Assembly: GCF_021869535.1 (NCBI RefSeq)
Contig: NW_026262581.1
Coordinates: forward strand, 115,382,001 to 115,446,000
Origin: Mytilus californianus
Lineage: Eukaryota
Length of the DNA stretch: 64,000 bases
Direction of reading: 5' to 3'
A model generated the notes under the pieces. That model did not search any database. It saw nothing but the letters and a program-made list of their open reading frames with translations, and was not told the DNA's origin. This document shows positions 12,087 to 24,994 of the stretch, in pieces (the first letter of the stretch is position 1; each line of letters starts with the position of its first letter). The position numbers were made by a program, and so were the translations under genes.

Positions 12087-15000
12087 GTAAGTATGGCAAA
12101 CATTTTGTGTCTAAATTCTAATGAAACTTGCTCACGTTGCTCATGTAGTTACGCGAAATGTTCAAAGAATTTTTAATATCGACCAGGCTTAAAGAAGCCA
12201 TTGACATACATAAGACTCATATTTGTACAATTGTGTTATTTTCTGATGAACAGCAGGAAGACAAGGGATTAGGACAAGGGGTTAGCTATCCCTCCCCTTT
12301 ACTGAGATTCCCCCCATTTTCTCGCCCGACACATGTCGATTTGTTAGACACACATAAACATCAATGCCGGTTTCAACTCGCAATTTCCGCATCATGCTTC
12401 ACGGACCCTCCTCTTTTCCACGCTAAATTCTAGAATTTTTATTGGAATTATTGACTTTATTTGGAATATCTATTCAAAACAAACAATGAAATATGCATGT
12501 TTATGTATAGTAATTAGTATATTTGTTTTTGTAAATTTTATGTGTGGTACAAAGTGTATTATTGTAATACATTAATGTGTTATTAGTAATCGTTTTACAC
12601 ATCACATACACAAGGCTTTATATCTATAATTATGACCGCATGTATAAAGCCTTCATGCATTACTTCCTAATATTATAAAACAGAAATCATTTTGGCTAAA
12701 GCTTTTTTGATTTTTATAGACTTTTAGATATAAATTTAAAATTAACATACTGATGTCACAAAAAAAATATTTCAAAACTTGAGGGAACAATACAATAAAT
12801 ACGAATAGTGTTTGTACATTCAGACTGTCTGAAAGTTTTCCACTACTGCACACACAAATCACAATTTGATGGACGTTTCACCTTTAAATAACCCTGATCC
12901 GTTTCATATTTTACATGTAAGTCAAAATGATCGTAACATGTTAGCGGTCAACGGGGAATAATTGTCGTTTCATTTTGCTACCAAAGAGGGAATAAAAAAA
13001 AACAAAATATGTTTGCTTGCCAAGTATGTTCGGATCATTGCTCAAGCTTTACAATAGAATAGGACTTTTACATGTACGAGAGGTGCAGGGGTCCCTGATT
13101 CCTACTTCCCTGCCTTACTCTAATAAGCCAAAATTCCCTCTCTGAGTAGGGGAGGGGAAAGGGGTATCTGATTCCTACTTTCCTACCCCTTTTTCCCATC
13201 GCCCCTCATTCCCAGGTTTCTTTATCCCTGTCCAACCCCTCATGTATGTTGGTCCTCATTCTGTTTTTAAAAAAATACTTATATTTGGTTGAATAAGGCA
13301 AATTTCTGATCAAACTAATCAAACTTTTGTTGAGTTAAAATAAAATTTGGATCGTTCAAAGTGAAATATTTATTTGTGTTGATAAAGAATGTGTCATATT
13401 TTGATTCTTCATTTAGAAGAGAACTTGGCTTCCCAGTCTCCCACTGGCTGTAGTTGATATCTAACATGATACTCTTAGTTTACATGTAGATGACACTGAT
13501 TTTATATTCTAAATGTGAAGTTGAGACGCCTGTCGAGTCTTTTGTTCTTTTGTATACATCTTGAAGATTAAATGCCTTACATCTGCTTAAAATGTACCCG
13601 TAAAAACGTATTTACTGCACATTTACTTTATAGTTCATGGATGCAAATAAAAAATGTTAAATGGTAGATACTAGTGGATAAAATTCCGATTTGAAGTATT
13701 TATTTCACTGGGTTTAATTAGACACGCATTGTTCCTTGAACAAAATTGGACTCTTAATGAATTTTCAGACGATATTGTGAAAGGACTTCTACCTTACATT
13801 TGAACACTTCATTATAAAAAAGCGAGTTTAAAATATTTCCTAGGTAGGTTTTTAGATTTTGCAAAACATTGTGTGTGCATACAATTCGAAGATCAACAGT
13901 GCATTTCATTTATACTAAGTATATATCTTAAAAACTTGATATATTTGAGCAGTCATGCACGTTAACCTCACTAATGGCAAATATAACATGTTCGCGACAT
14001 TAAACTCCAGTCTAAATGTAGTTCAAAGACCGCGTCCAAAGTTAACTTACAACGGGTCTGCGTTTCAAATCCGTTCTATAAGTAGGGAACAATATGTGCA
14101 AAGAATGATACAGTGCATTTATTGAAGACACACAATTCTTACATGAAATTGGTTATCATAAGCTAAGGTACAGCTCTTTAATTGCTGTTATTTAACTCAA
14201 GATCCCATCCCAACACGGAACATAAACTCATAATTAGCCTCAAGTTCAAGACACACTCCCACTTTTTATGTCAGCGTATCTAGATGCCGATAGCGTTACA
14301 TTTTTAGCTCACCTGACCTGAAAGGTCAAGTGAGCTTTTCTCATCACTTTGCGTCCGTCGTCCGTCGTCCTGCGTCCGTCGTCCTGCGTCCGTCGTCCGT
14401 CGTCCGTAAACTTTTACAAAAATCTTCTCCTCTGAAACTACTGGGTCAAATTTAACCAAACTTGGTCACAATCATCATTGGGGTATCTAGTTTAAAAAAT
14501 GTGTCCGGTGATCCGGTCAACCAACCAAGATGGCCGCCATGGCTAAAAATAGAACATAGGGGTAAAATGTAGATTTTGGCTTATATCTCTGAAACCAAAG
14601 CATTTAGAGCAAATCTGAAATGGGGTAAAATTGTTTATCAGGTCAAGATCTATCTGCCCTGAAATTTTCAGATGAATCTGACAACCCGTTGTTGGGTTGC
14701 TGCCCCTGAATTGGTAATTTTAAGGAAATTTTGCCGTTTTTGGTTATTATCTTGAATATTATTATAGATAGAGATAAACTGTAAACAGCAATAATGTTCA
14801 GCAGAGTAAGATCTACAATTAAGTCAACTTGACCAAAATGGTCAGTTGACCCCTTAAGGAGTTATTGCCCTTTATAATCAATTTTTAACCATTTTTCGTA
14901 AATTTTTTTAATCTTTTACAAAAATCTTCTCCTCTGAAACTACTAAGACAAATTTAACCAAACTTGTCCACAATCATCATTAGGGTATATAGTTTTAAAA

Positions 15001-18000
15001 ATGTGTCCGATGACCCCGCCCGCGAACCAAGATGGCCGACATGGCTAAAAATAGAACATAGGGGTAAAATGTAGATTTTGGCTTATATCTCTGAAACCAA
15101 AACATTTAGAGTAAATCTGACATTGGGTAAAACTGATTATCAGGTCAAGATCTATCTGCCCTGAAATTTTCAGACCAATCAGGCAACACGTTGTTGGGTT
15201 GCTGCCCCTGAATTGGTAATTTTAAGAAAATTTTGCAGCTTTTGGTTATTATCTTGAATATTATTATAGATAGAGATAAACTGTAAACAGCAATAATGTA
15301 CAGCAAAGTAAGATCTACAAATAAGTCAACATGACCAAAATTGTCAATTGACCCCTTAAGGAGTTATTGCCCTTTATAGTCAATTTTTTACAATTTTTTC
15401 ATAAATTTTGTAAATTTTTGTTAATTTTTACAAAATATTTTCCACTATAACTACTGGGCCAAGTTCATTATAGATAGAGATAATTGTAAGCAGCAAGAAT
15501 GTTCAGTAAAGTAAGATCTACAAACACATCGCCATCACCAAAACACAATTTTGTCATGAATCCATCTTTGTCCTTTGTTTAATATGCACATATACCAAGG
15601 TGAGCGACACAGGCTCTTTAGAGCCTCTAGTTTATTTTATCGAATAACACAAATGTACGGGGTAAAATCAACTTATAGACTGTACATAATATTGGATACA
15701 GAAATTGAACAAATACGGTCAAAACTAGTCCGACAATCTTAGTATTCAACAGATCCAGAGAAACTACAAACTAGACAACCAAGAGATGATATATAGTCAT
15801 GACAAACATAATTTAAAAATGATTTTTAAATCTTACTTTCGATCTAGCAGAATTAAATATATAGTACTACTTGACAAAGATTGAATATTGAAACATGACA
15901 AATCTGACTAATTATACGCCAACTTTTTTCTTTTTTTTTCAATTTAATTGGTCTGAATAAAAACACCACATAAAAATCGTATTAAAAACATATTTGACTG
16001 TTATATCCCTTGGAACTGTCCGTATAAGATTACCTTAGATGTATTTGGCTATTTTTTTTTAAATATCTTTAGGGGTCATATAGTCCTTAACGTTTCTACG
16101 TACTTGTACATCCCTAGCTTTCGAATGATTAGGTTTGAGCTTTCCTGATGAAGGTACATAAAAAATCTTACAAATAAACACTTAATACAAACGATTTGCT
16201 TTTGATATTTGTATTCTTCTTTTCGGATTAAAGTTTATACTTTTGTTGTATTAAACCACAAAATTGAGTATGAAGCAGTCACTCGCACATCAAACTGGAG
16301 TTGGTCTGGCATTAAACTTCATACAGTATTTAGAAAACATGCATAAGCTGTAACTTGATGTCATTCTTGTATTCATGTAAGATATAATCCCAGTCGTATA
16401 GTCGTTGTATACATAGACCACTTAGAATAATCCAGATGAATTTAATTATTAGCTTGTCAGATATAGTGAGGTCGATACGAATTTCTTTGTAGAAGCCTGT
16501 AAGACCCTGTAGGTTGTTACTGGTACATGTATTATCTCTATGCTGAATGCGATTAGAAATACTTTCAACGTCGCACACGTATGAAATATTGCGGTATCAA
16601 AAGCTTGCAAAAATACAAATAAAGTAATAAATACGCGAATAAAATAATGACGAGGCTCCCATTGGTCGTTAGAGGAGTATACCTTTTCAAAAAGGTAATA
16701 ATAAAACGTGCGGGTACGCACTAGACTTGGAATTTGTGTGTTACGGAGGAAACGTTATACTCCATTTGTTATGGGGTTTATATTTTTAAAATAAGTTTAC
16801 TTTTATGGTGGTGGTGGTGTGTTGGGGATGTTAATGTCTATAATGAGAAAACTACCTTAAGAAAGCCTGAAGGGTAAAGATACCACCGATGAAACGGAGG
16901 AGACGATCTGATTTCTCAAGTTATTGTGGGAAAGAATTAACTGTACTCTGGTTTGTTAATTTCTTTATAGTTGAGATTATAAATAGGTAACAAATCTTCT
17001 ATGTACACGTATAGAAGACGATTTGACATCTATCTTGGTGAATGATCTTACTTTTTAATGGTAGTACTTATCAAAAGTAACCGTCGTATTGTGCTTACCT
17101 AGGTTCGCACTGCATTGTGTTATAACATAACACGACAGTACATATATATACTTCTCTTACCTGGTTTTTAATTGAACATTTTGGAGATGTTTTCAAAGAG
17201 AAAAGGTTGATTTTACTCTTTGTATTGTCACGTATGAAGAGGATTAAGTAACCTCTGTAGGTGGTGTGGAAGATACTATAGTGTCTCTTCGTGATGATCT
17301 GTAGAGAAAATAAAATCACACGCCTTCATGCCTGTTCTTGTCGCATTGTTTATACAAAGACAAACATTATACATCTGATAGAGAGAAAATGATCAAATAT
17401 TTAATGAAATTGTTTTCATAGGAAACGATTGAGGTTCTGTGTTACAAATTACTGGACGAAAAATATGGTATGACTAAAACCCAACATTAACAATTAACAA
17501 CACACCAAATCGTAACTAAATGAAGAAGATCAGACATAATATTTTTTTACCTAACATGTAAGTGCATCAGACAAAATTTATTACATGAAAAAAAGAGTAA
17601 AGCAATTGAACGCGATGAAAATATAACTTGCATCTATTTTTTAGTTTATAAAGAGGAAACGGTTTTACCACTTTGTAATTTTGTTTCAAAAGAGGACATT
17701 GTGTTGGGAGAGCAGGTAGGGAAAGTTTCCTAGTGTACTTTTATTTATTGCATAATGATAGTTATTTGTAAAGGGTATTTCTCATATATTTTGCAGGGTA
17801 TGTCCAGAATTTCCACCAAGCCGGAAACAAAGTTCTGTTTCTACACAGTCCTGAAAGTTACATTAATGCAACTACAATGAGTAAGTCAAGATGGTCTATT
17901 AAAACAGAAAATATGACACAATCTTTGTTCTTTGTGGTTACATCTTCTAAAGAAAATACGACTGTACTTCTCTGTGGTTGTAATAAATGGGTTCTAAGAG

Positions 18001-20028
18001 ATGACTGCATAGGTCATGTGGGTTTTATGAAAACATTTGACTTTCATAGATAGTTTATGGTCAAAACTTTTCATGCATCAAAGGGCCCATACGCATAACA
18101 AAAGTTTGTTGAATTAAATTTTTCATTCTTTTCAAAATAAAAAAAATGGATTCAGATACGATACAGCACCCAAATATGGAAGAAAAGATGCAATGTACTG
18201 TTAAATCTGTAAGAGAAATATATACGATTCAAACAAAGGAACTTTATGCAAATTATGTGATATATATATAAAGAGAGAGGATTTCATTAAAATCAACCCA
18301 TCCAAAAAAAAAGATTATAAGCCAGCTTCATAAATTACATATGTCAGGAATCGGTTTTAGTCTTTGACTGTGGGCAACAATCCCTTTTATATCTGTTCTT
18401 TCTTAAACACATATCAAAAAGGGATTAAAATAGTGTATCTGTTAGAAACTTTGGTTTTAAATTGGTTTATCGATTGATTGTTTTTAACATCTTTTGAATT
18501 GTCTTAAATAGGTCCAGGGAGAGTTCTTGAATGCCAAAGAGAGGCTGATGCAAAAACTTCCGAGTTAAAGGACAAATTTATAGCCAAAGCTAATGCAGAT
18601 AATGTATGTACATATATTATGCTATGTATGCGTTTATATAAAACAAGTAGTTAACAGTTATCAGCATGTCACTGAAATGTATATATAGGATGAAAAATAT
18701 GCCAAACAACATAAATCTACTTTAAGCCAGAAAAGTCTTGGTACTAAATTATTCAAAAACTAATTACAGTACTTCTAGTAATCGAACGAAAAGAGTTTTT
18801 ATCAATAAGAAGCAATCAAGACAGATTAAATGAGAAGCTATTAAAGTAGGCTTGCCTATATATAGAAACATACGCTTAAAAGTACGAAGTAACGTGAAAT
18901 CGTAACAATTTCATTTTCTGCATTACACATTTCGATGTATATGGCCTCTTTCGTGATGCCTCAAGCCAAAATATTTGGATATTCGACACCCAACACAAAC
19001 TTCAGGAGTCATAACAACATAAAAGAACAAAAAGTGATAGAAATAATTAACTAGGGAAATGGAGTTGTACATATAATTGAAATGACCTATCAGAAAACAA
19101 TGGATTTATATTTTGTCACAGCAAAAACGATTGTAATAATCAGCATTTTCCACTTTTTATGCCATCACACAAGTATCATACGAATTCGGTACGTGACCAC
19201 ATTTTATTGCATAATAATGTCATGTGTCTTCTCCTTAAGGGTGCAAAAATGGTAGCATTGAGTAGAGATATAGATTGAAATAGCTGACTTTTAACGCAAA
19301 TATGTTAATTAAACTCTGATTTTTTTAAGAAGACATCGCGAGTTCATATACAAACGTTTTGTACATCATAATTTCAACAATTTTGTGTTGGACAATGACA
19401 ATAAACAATTAGAGCAAAGATTCCTCAGCATACATTTACCTGGAATATTTCTGTTTTTGTTGTTAAATATCTTTTGTCTTTCGTAGTCTGTTGCCACCAC
19501 TAACCATTTAGGCCTGATACCGTATGCTAACCTAGAACAAAACCTAACATAAACTTATAGCCATTACTGAACCCTATTTTCAAAGTAAAGTGATCCTTAA
19601 ATTAATAGAATGCTGAATTTTCTATATTATAATTTCCGCCAATTATGTGCTTTAATATAAAAGCGTGCCTACAAGTGCAAAGGGTGCATATCGATAAATC
19701 AAAATCGATATGACAAAATGTAAATCGACACCAATCTCGTTTTGGACATAGAATTCTATTTTTTTAAACGTATTTATGAAGTTATTATAATTATTATGAA
19801 TAGTTATCAGTTTTCTTTTAGGTTGAAGCTGAATTCTTCGTAGAATCGGCAGAAAAACCCGGCCACGCCATTTGCGAGTTTGCCCAGAAGCATGAGGCAA
19901 CATTTATTGTTACTGGAACTCGTGGAATGGGCAAACTCCGTAGAACACTACTTGGAAGTGTTAGTGACTTTGTTGTTCATCATTCCCATGTACCTGTTCT
20001 AGTATGTCGCCATACCAAAGATAAGTAA
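12029..20028 (+). CDS. Universal stress protein (UspA-like), 4 coding exons: join(12029..12086,17797..17880,18512..18603,19822..20028), 146 aa
   Basis: All four exons have GT-AG boundaries with matching phases (1,1,0). They total 441 nt from ATG to TAA. Translation: MAKVVMCLDGSQFAEDAYNWYVQNFHQAGNKVLFLHSPESYINATTMSPGRVLECQREADAKTSELKDKFIAKANADNVEAEFFVESAEKPGHAICEFAQKHEATFIVTGTRGMGKLRRTLLGSVSDFVVHHSHVPVLVCRHTKDK. It carries the USP hallmarks: N-terminal hydrophobic strand-D-GS, and G-TR-G-9x-GS...V.HH...PVLV. Confidence 0.96.
14301..15632 (+). mobile_element. Helentron-type non-autonomous element (HINE-like) in USP intron 1
   Basis: Starts in a T run. It has a 5' hairpin AGCTCACCTG-ACCT-GAA-AGGT-CAAGTGAGCT, a (CGTC/GTCC)n microsatellite, and internal ~500-bp tandem units (14417, 14919, deleted third at 15431). 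The 3' end has a subTIR GGTGAGC and the palindrome AGGCTCT-TT-AGAGCCT before a T run. Confidence 0.85.
17797..17880 (+). CDS. USP exon 2 (WYVQNFHQAGNKVLFLHSPESYINATTM)
   Basis: Acceptor TTTTGCAG; donor GTAAGT at 17881; phase 1 to 1. Confidence 0.93.
   Translation, partial: GMSRISTKPETKFCFYTVLKVTLMQLQ
18512..18603 (+). CDS. USP exon 3 (SPGRVLECQREADAKTSELKDKFIAKANADN)
   Basis: Acceptor TTAAATAG; donor GTATGT at 18604; phase 1 to 0. Confidence 0.92.
19822..20028 (+). CDS. USP exon 4 (VEAEFF...GTRGMGKLRRTLLGSVSDFVVHHSHVPVLVCRHTKDK*)
   Basis: Acceptor TTTTCTTTTAG; contains the USP signature; stop TAA at 20026-20028. Confidence 0.96.
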   Translation, partial: VEAEFFVESAEKPGHAICEFAQKHEATFIVTGTRGMGKLRRTLLGSVSDFVVHHSHVPVLVCRHTKDK

Positions 20029-20299
20029 ATATTGAGAAGCTGATTTAATCGTCACTATGGTTACCGGGAACAGATGGACTTCAACATGCACTATTTATAG
20101 ATGACATAGCGGATACCATTTGGACTGTTTAACATTATGTTGACAAACAAATTGTACCAATGCTTTAGTATTTGATTATTTTTATGCTTTTGAAAATATC
20201 ATTTGAACAAAGTTTATATCTAAGGAATTTGTTAGTCAAGGAATTAATATATGTATAACCAATGTAAGCCTATTAATCGTTAAAAACAGGGTATATCAA

Positions 20300-20305
20300 A
20301 ATAAA
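20300..20305 (+). promoter_or_regulatory. Candidate polyadenylation signal of the USP gene
   Basis: AATAAA about 270 nt after the stop codon. The motif is common in AT-rich DNA, so support is weak. Confidence 0.35.
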
Positions 20306-20394
20306 ATATGGATATTAGATATTAGTTATCTTTTGATGTAACTCGTTTGTGTAGTCATTTGTGACACATGTTCAATATTCAAATCAAGACGGCG

Positions 20395-20590
20395 TCCGTT
20401 AACTTCGAAAAGATTGCTTCAACTTTACCATTAAGAACCCTTTGTTTAATAGCTTTTCTTGTAAGTAGCAATGAAACGTGAGATTTGGAACCGGAAGACA
20501 TATATTTTTATGCATATTGCTACAAAGAAATAGAAAGTTTACAATGGGAAAATGTTTTATTTCAAACTGTCCCACATAGATCACCAACTA
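20395..20590 (-). mobile_element. Penelope-like RT C-terminal fragment
   Basis: Encodes FPIVNFLFLCSN...KLLNKGFLMVKLKQSFR. Confidence 0.7.
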
Positions 20591-23500
20591 CGAATATTGA
20601 ATTTGGACGACTGATATATTTTATTGATAACAAATCCTTCGAAACGTGGTTGGGTTTCTTCAAATCCATTTAATGTCAAAACAGAATACTAAAAAATTGA
20701 CACGTTCTTCTACCAATAACCATACAATACAATACAGAGTGCCAAAAAATATATAATAACGTGAACAAAATATTTTCGATACTTAATGTTTCATTAAAAG
20801 TTTTTGTTTTTGTTTTCTGTTTAATAAAGCATGTTACTTCAGAATTTGAAAGTAGTCGCTAATAAATTATCAACATTCGTAGAATTTCATTTATATTAAG
20901 ATATTTGTGGTTGTGTACATAATGGCTAACAATCGTACTTGTTTGTGATGTTTTTTTTAACGAAGGAAACACTTTTGGCTGGCATTTTCATACCTCTCAT
21001 AGTCTCGATTTTTTTTGGGTATAATACGGGAAATGTGTAATCTTGTCGAATTCAAAATGTAAGTCATCGTATTTTGTGTTCATATTTAGTACATGTTTTT
21101 AAGACATAAATAAAAGAACGACAGACCGTTCTAGTTTCACGTGAACATATCTCTCCGTTCATATGTGTCTTGTAAACACCTTAAACCAGCGTAGCCATAA
21201 GCGGGCATATTTCATTTCCAATAAAAGGTTAACTGCTTGTAGAATAACCAAGCTACCATGCACAATAAAAACATTCAACATTCTTCGTATGAGAGTATTA
21301 ACTATTTTTATTCAATTGGTTGCTCTCATTTGGAGAATGACCAATAGCAAGTCGTCATAACGCTTATGTTATAATTTCAAAACATTAAATCACGTTCAAC
21401 ATAACAGCAAAATGAGGTAAGGCTGAACGAAAGGACATGTTGGATGTACGACTAACGGATAGCAACCCATTGGTACAAAAACAATTGGAGGTCAACAATG
21501 ACAATAACTGGAGTTTATAAGTAATGGCCCTACTCTTATTCTCCAGAGTAGAAAATCAGGGCGTATAAAACACTGTGATTGTAAGTTTGTATGGATATGT
21601 ACAACATCACATAAGATAAGGGAAAATAAGTAAATAAATATAAAAAAAACGTAAACACAGAAAGTAGGATCGACCTCAAGCCCCTGTGAGGTATCTCAGA
21701 ATTTGCACGATTGAACAGATCCAATGAAGATATAATGCTATATCTTATACTATGATAGATAAAACATTGAAACACCTGCATATTTTACCATTTCTCGCAC
21801 AAAACGATAAACTGCCCATAAACTTAATGTCATTTGAGACATATTTTTGTTAATTTTACTATTTTCCTTTCACTCTAACACATATTTTTATTGAAAAGAT
21901 GGTTACAACATATCTGTGAACTGCAGCCTGAATTTTAAGTTGGTTTCGTATTATAACATGGTTTGTGAAATTTAAGAACTACTCTTGTCTCTAGTTCTCT
22001 AAATGAGAAGCGATTTTCTAAATAGGATTTTTTTCGATGTTTTTACATAATGAAAAGAAAAATGTAACTTAAATGAAACAGCGATGCATGTTTATCATAT
22101 TATACTAGAATAACTCTTTCAACGGGTAATCTATTGTATTCAACTGCCGATGCGAATTAAATATCTTTTGCTACTACCCTCGAAATGATACGTGTATATA
22201 AATTAAACCAACAAACATTCAGTAATGCTCAAGTGAAGAAGTTCAAGTACAGGTTATTTTTTAAAAGATTTAATTTACTTCTGTGGGAACAAATGGATAC
22301 ATATTAAATCGGCCTTTAAAAGCTATAACTTGTTTATGTACCTGTGAATGCCCTGTCTAGTAGGTCAAGGTTGTATCTCAAAAATAAAATAAAATATAAC
22401 CTTCTATAGTTGGCCGATTAACTATTTACTGCCTGACAATCTACGCATATTTGGGACGATATAGTGTTAAAAATTTTAACTTTGAACTGGCAGTGGTTTG
22501 TATTTTATCGCTTTGGGGTCCCAGATAAGCGGAGAACTGTTAACCCGTCAACGTCCGGTGGCAACTATTTCATGCATATAATTATTCCAATTAATGAATA
22601 GTTCAATTAAGTAGCTTTTTAAATTGGAAGGACTAATTGATATTTGGCAAATTTTGAAGGCCAGTACGGAAGTTTGCTACAAACCATTTACGAGCAGTGA
22701 AATGATTTTTAATGTGTTTTTGAGAGCGTTGTTCTCTCTTAAAACAGGACATCGCACGCTTTCAACAGCATTTACCTACTACTAAGAAACAACTGATAGT
22801 GGATATTCATCTTTAATACTAAAGAAACGAATTTGCCGCAGAGGGAAACGCGTAGCACACATTGAAAGGCTAGATTGTACAGATTGTTCTCGCATTAGCA
22901 TATCTAATCTTACAGGCATATATGTCCATCGTGTATATTTGCAAATGCATTTTGTATGCACTTTTGCATGCTGAATTCTAACCGTAGAATATTCTGGTAT
23001 TCTTCAACGGAACAATGATTCATACTAGGAATTATATGCAAATACGTATCTAGTTGTGTATGACTTTGTGTGGTCTCTAAATTTCACCTTTCCAGATCCT
23101 TTTGTATTCCATGTTATCAATCAGGCTTTTTCCGATATGCTTCTATAATGTTGCTAAGTATTATATCAAAAGTAAACACCAACAGTATGACAAAAAACAA
23201 CAAAAATGTATAGAAAAAAATGGACAGAGAAAATTTCAAATATAGGAAATATCATTAAATTTCAAATATAGGAAATATTATTTTGCGGGATCTAGTTAAT
23301 ATCGTGTATGACCTTCTCCTGATGTAACTACAGCTTCTAATCTTAGTCGCATCGACACATACAGTCTATTGAATGATAAAGTTAGGGTTATGGTGTTAAA
23401 TTCCTCCATAGTAGCGATTTGCAACTGTTCAAATGTGTCAGTCTAACTGTCGTCTCTGTAGACGCATTAATCTGTTGCACAGCGTCTTCAAGGCGCGTAG

Positions 23501-24994
23501 TAAATTGTACCACACCTACTGCACGATCTCCATCCATTTAACGTATCCGTGGCATCGCATAACTTGTTACTTTAAAAGGTTTCGATATGGCAAAATGATT
23601 CTTACTGAGGGCGCACAATATAATGATCTCATGTGAAAAACAAGTTTATATTTTCTATATCTGTAATGCCACAATTAAGTTTTAATTAATAAAACACTTT
23701 CTTAAAACAGAAAAAAAAACGATTAAAATATGATCATGTATCTTTTCTTTTGTTCGCTAAAAATATGACAAAATTCGAAAGAATTCAAACGACAAAAACC
23801 AGCGGACTTATTTATGCTAAAAAACAATAAATGAAAACCACAGAATAACAGTCTCCAGACTTAGTACAGGAACATGTTGTGGAACGTGTTTGTGAGATCT
23901 CAACCATCCCCAAACCTGGGACAATTGTGTAACAGCAAATGTAAAACTCTTGAAACTTGAACACTTGTCTGATCGGCACGAAGCACGAAAAAACAACTGA
24001 CAATAAGACAAAAGTACATAGTTTATTTAGGTCTCACCATTAATAATATCCTACAGTAAAATTACAGAGAAATTATAGATGCCATTCTAATAGAATTATG
24101 TAAGACAAGTTAACAATACAGAACCAAGTCTGCTATTAAAGAGATAAATTTGATGCGCATAGGAATACGCATAACCTGTAGATAAACTTGTTGCCGAAGC
24201 ATACCCGAAATATACAACGAAAAAATTAAATGTTAACGGTTTCAATCATTTCAGTTCCAGTAAGTGTATCTAGCATATTTTCCTTTTTCATTACAGAAGA
24301 AGGCTTTATATGAGTTGCAGCAAATACATTTGTAATCATATATTTCAAGTTATATAAGAAAATCTCTGTTTGATAAGATTGTGTGCATGTGTTGTGTAGG
24401 GATTTGAAAAGCCATAACTGTCAACCGAATTGAAAAGACTGTCAAAAGCACGTCAAAAGAGATTCAAGGATAGTTATGATATGATTGTCTACTATTTGAC
24501 TAGGCTTTGAATGTAGAACATTTTATAATATAATTTTAAAGAACTTCGTTGTAGTATTTACGTCATACCACTACCACATTGTTGACTGCTCTGTCGGCCA
24601 GCACAAATACAAAAATTGCTATGCGAATACTTATCCTTGAATTAGCGTATATTAAAAGTTTTTATTTATTACTAAAGAATTTTTGAAATGTGATATGCGA
24701 ATATCCACAATATTTATAAATTTATTCAATTACGAATCATCTTATTTCTCCACGGCGTTATACATCAATTTTTTCAATAGGATGAAAGAGCATCAGTATT
24801 TCAGAGCTAGGAAGAGAGGCTCACATTGTATGACAAGGGTCTTGCCTTTTCTAAAAGTGTATCTGCAATAGCTTCAACACATCAGTGAGAAGATTATTTA
24901 AAATGTCAGAGGTAAATTAAAATAACACTTTAGAACTTTAAAGCGTCCCGCGAAGAGCTATAGTGGATTCACTTTCATCAGAAACGCTTACCCA

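Noticed and set aside
13070-13245. Purine/pyrimidine-biased block with weak terminal inverted similarity (possible MITE) in USP intron 1
   Set aside because: The TIR match is too degenerate and there is no second copy in the window.
19652-19903. Minus-strand 83-aa ORF from the track
   Set aside because: It is antisense to USP exon 4 and its intron; a shadow ORF.
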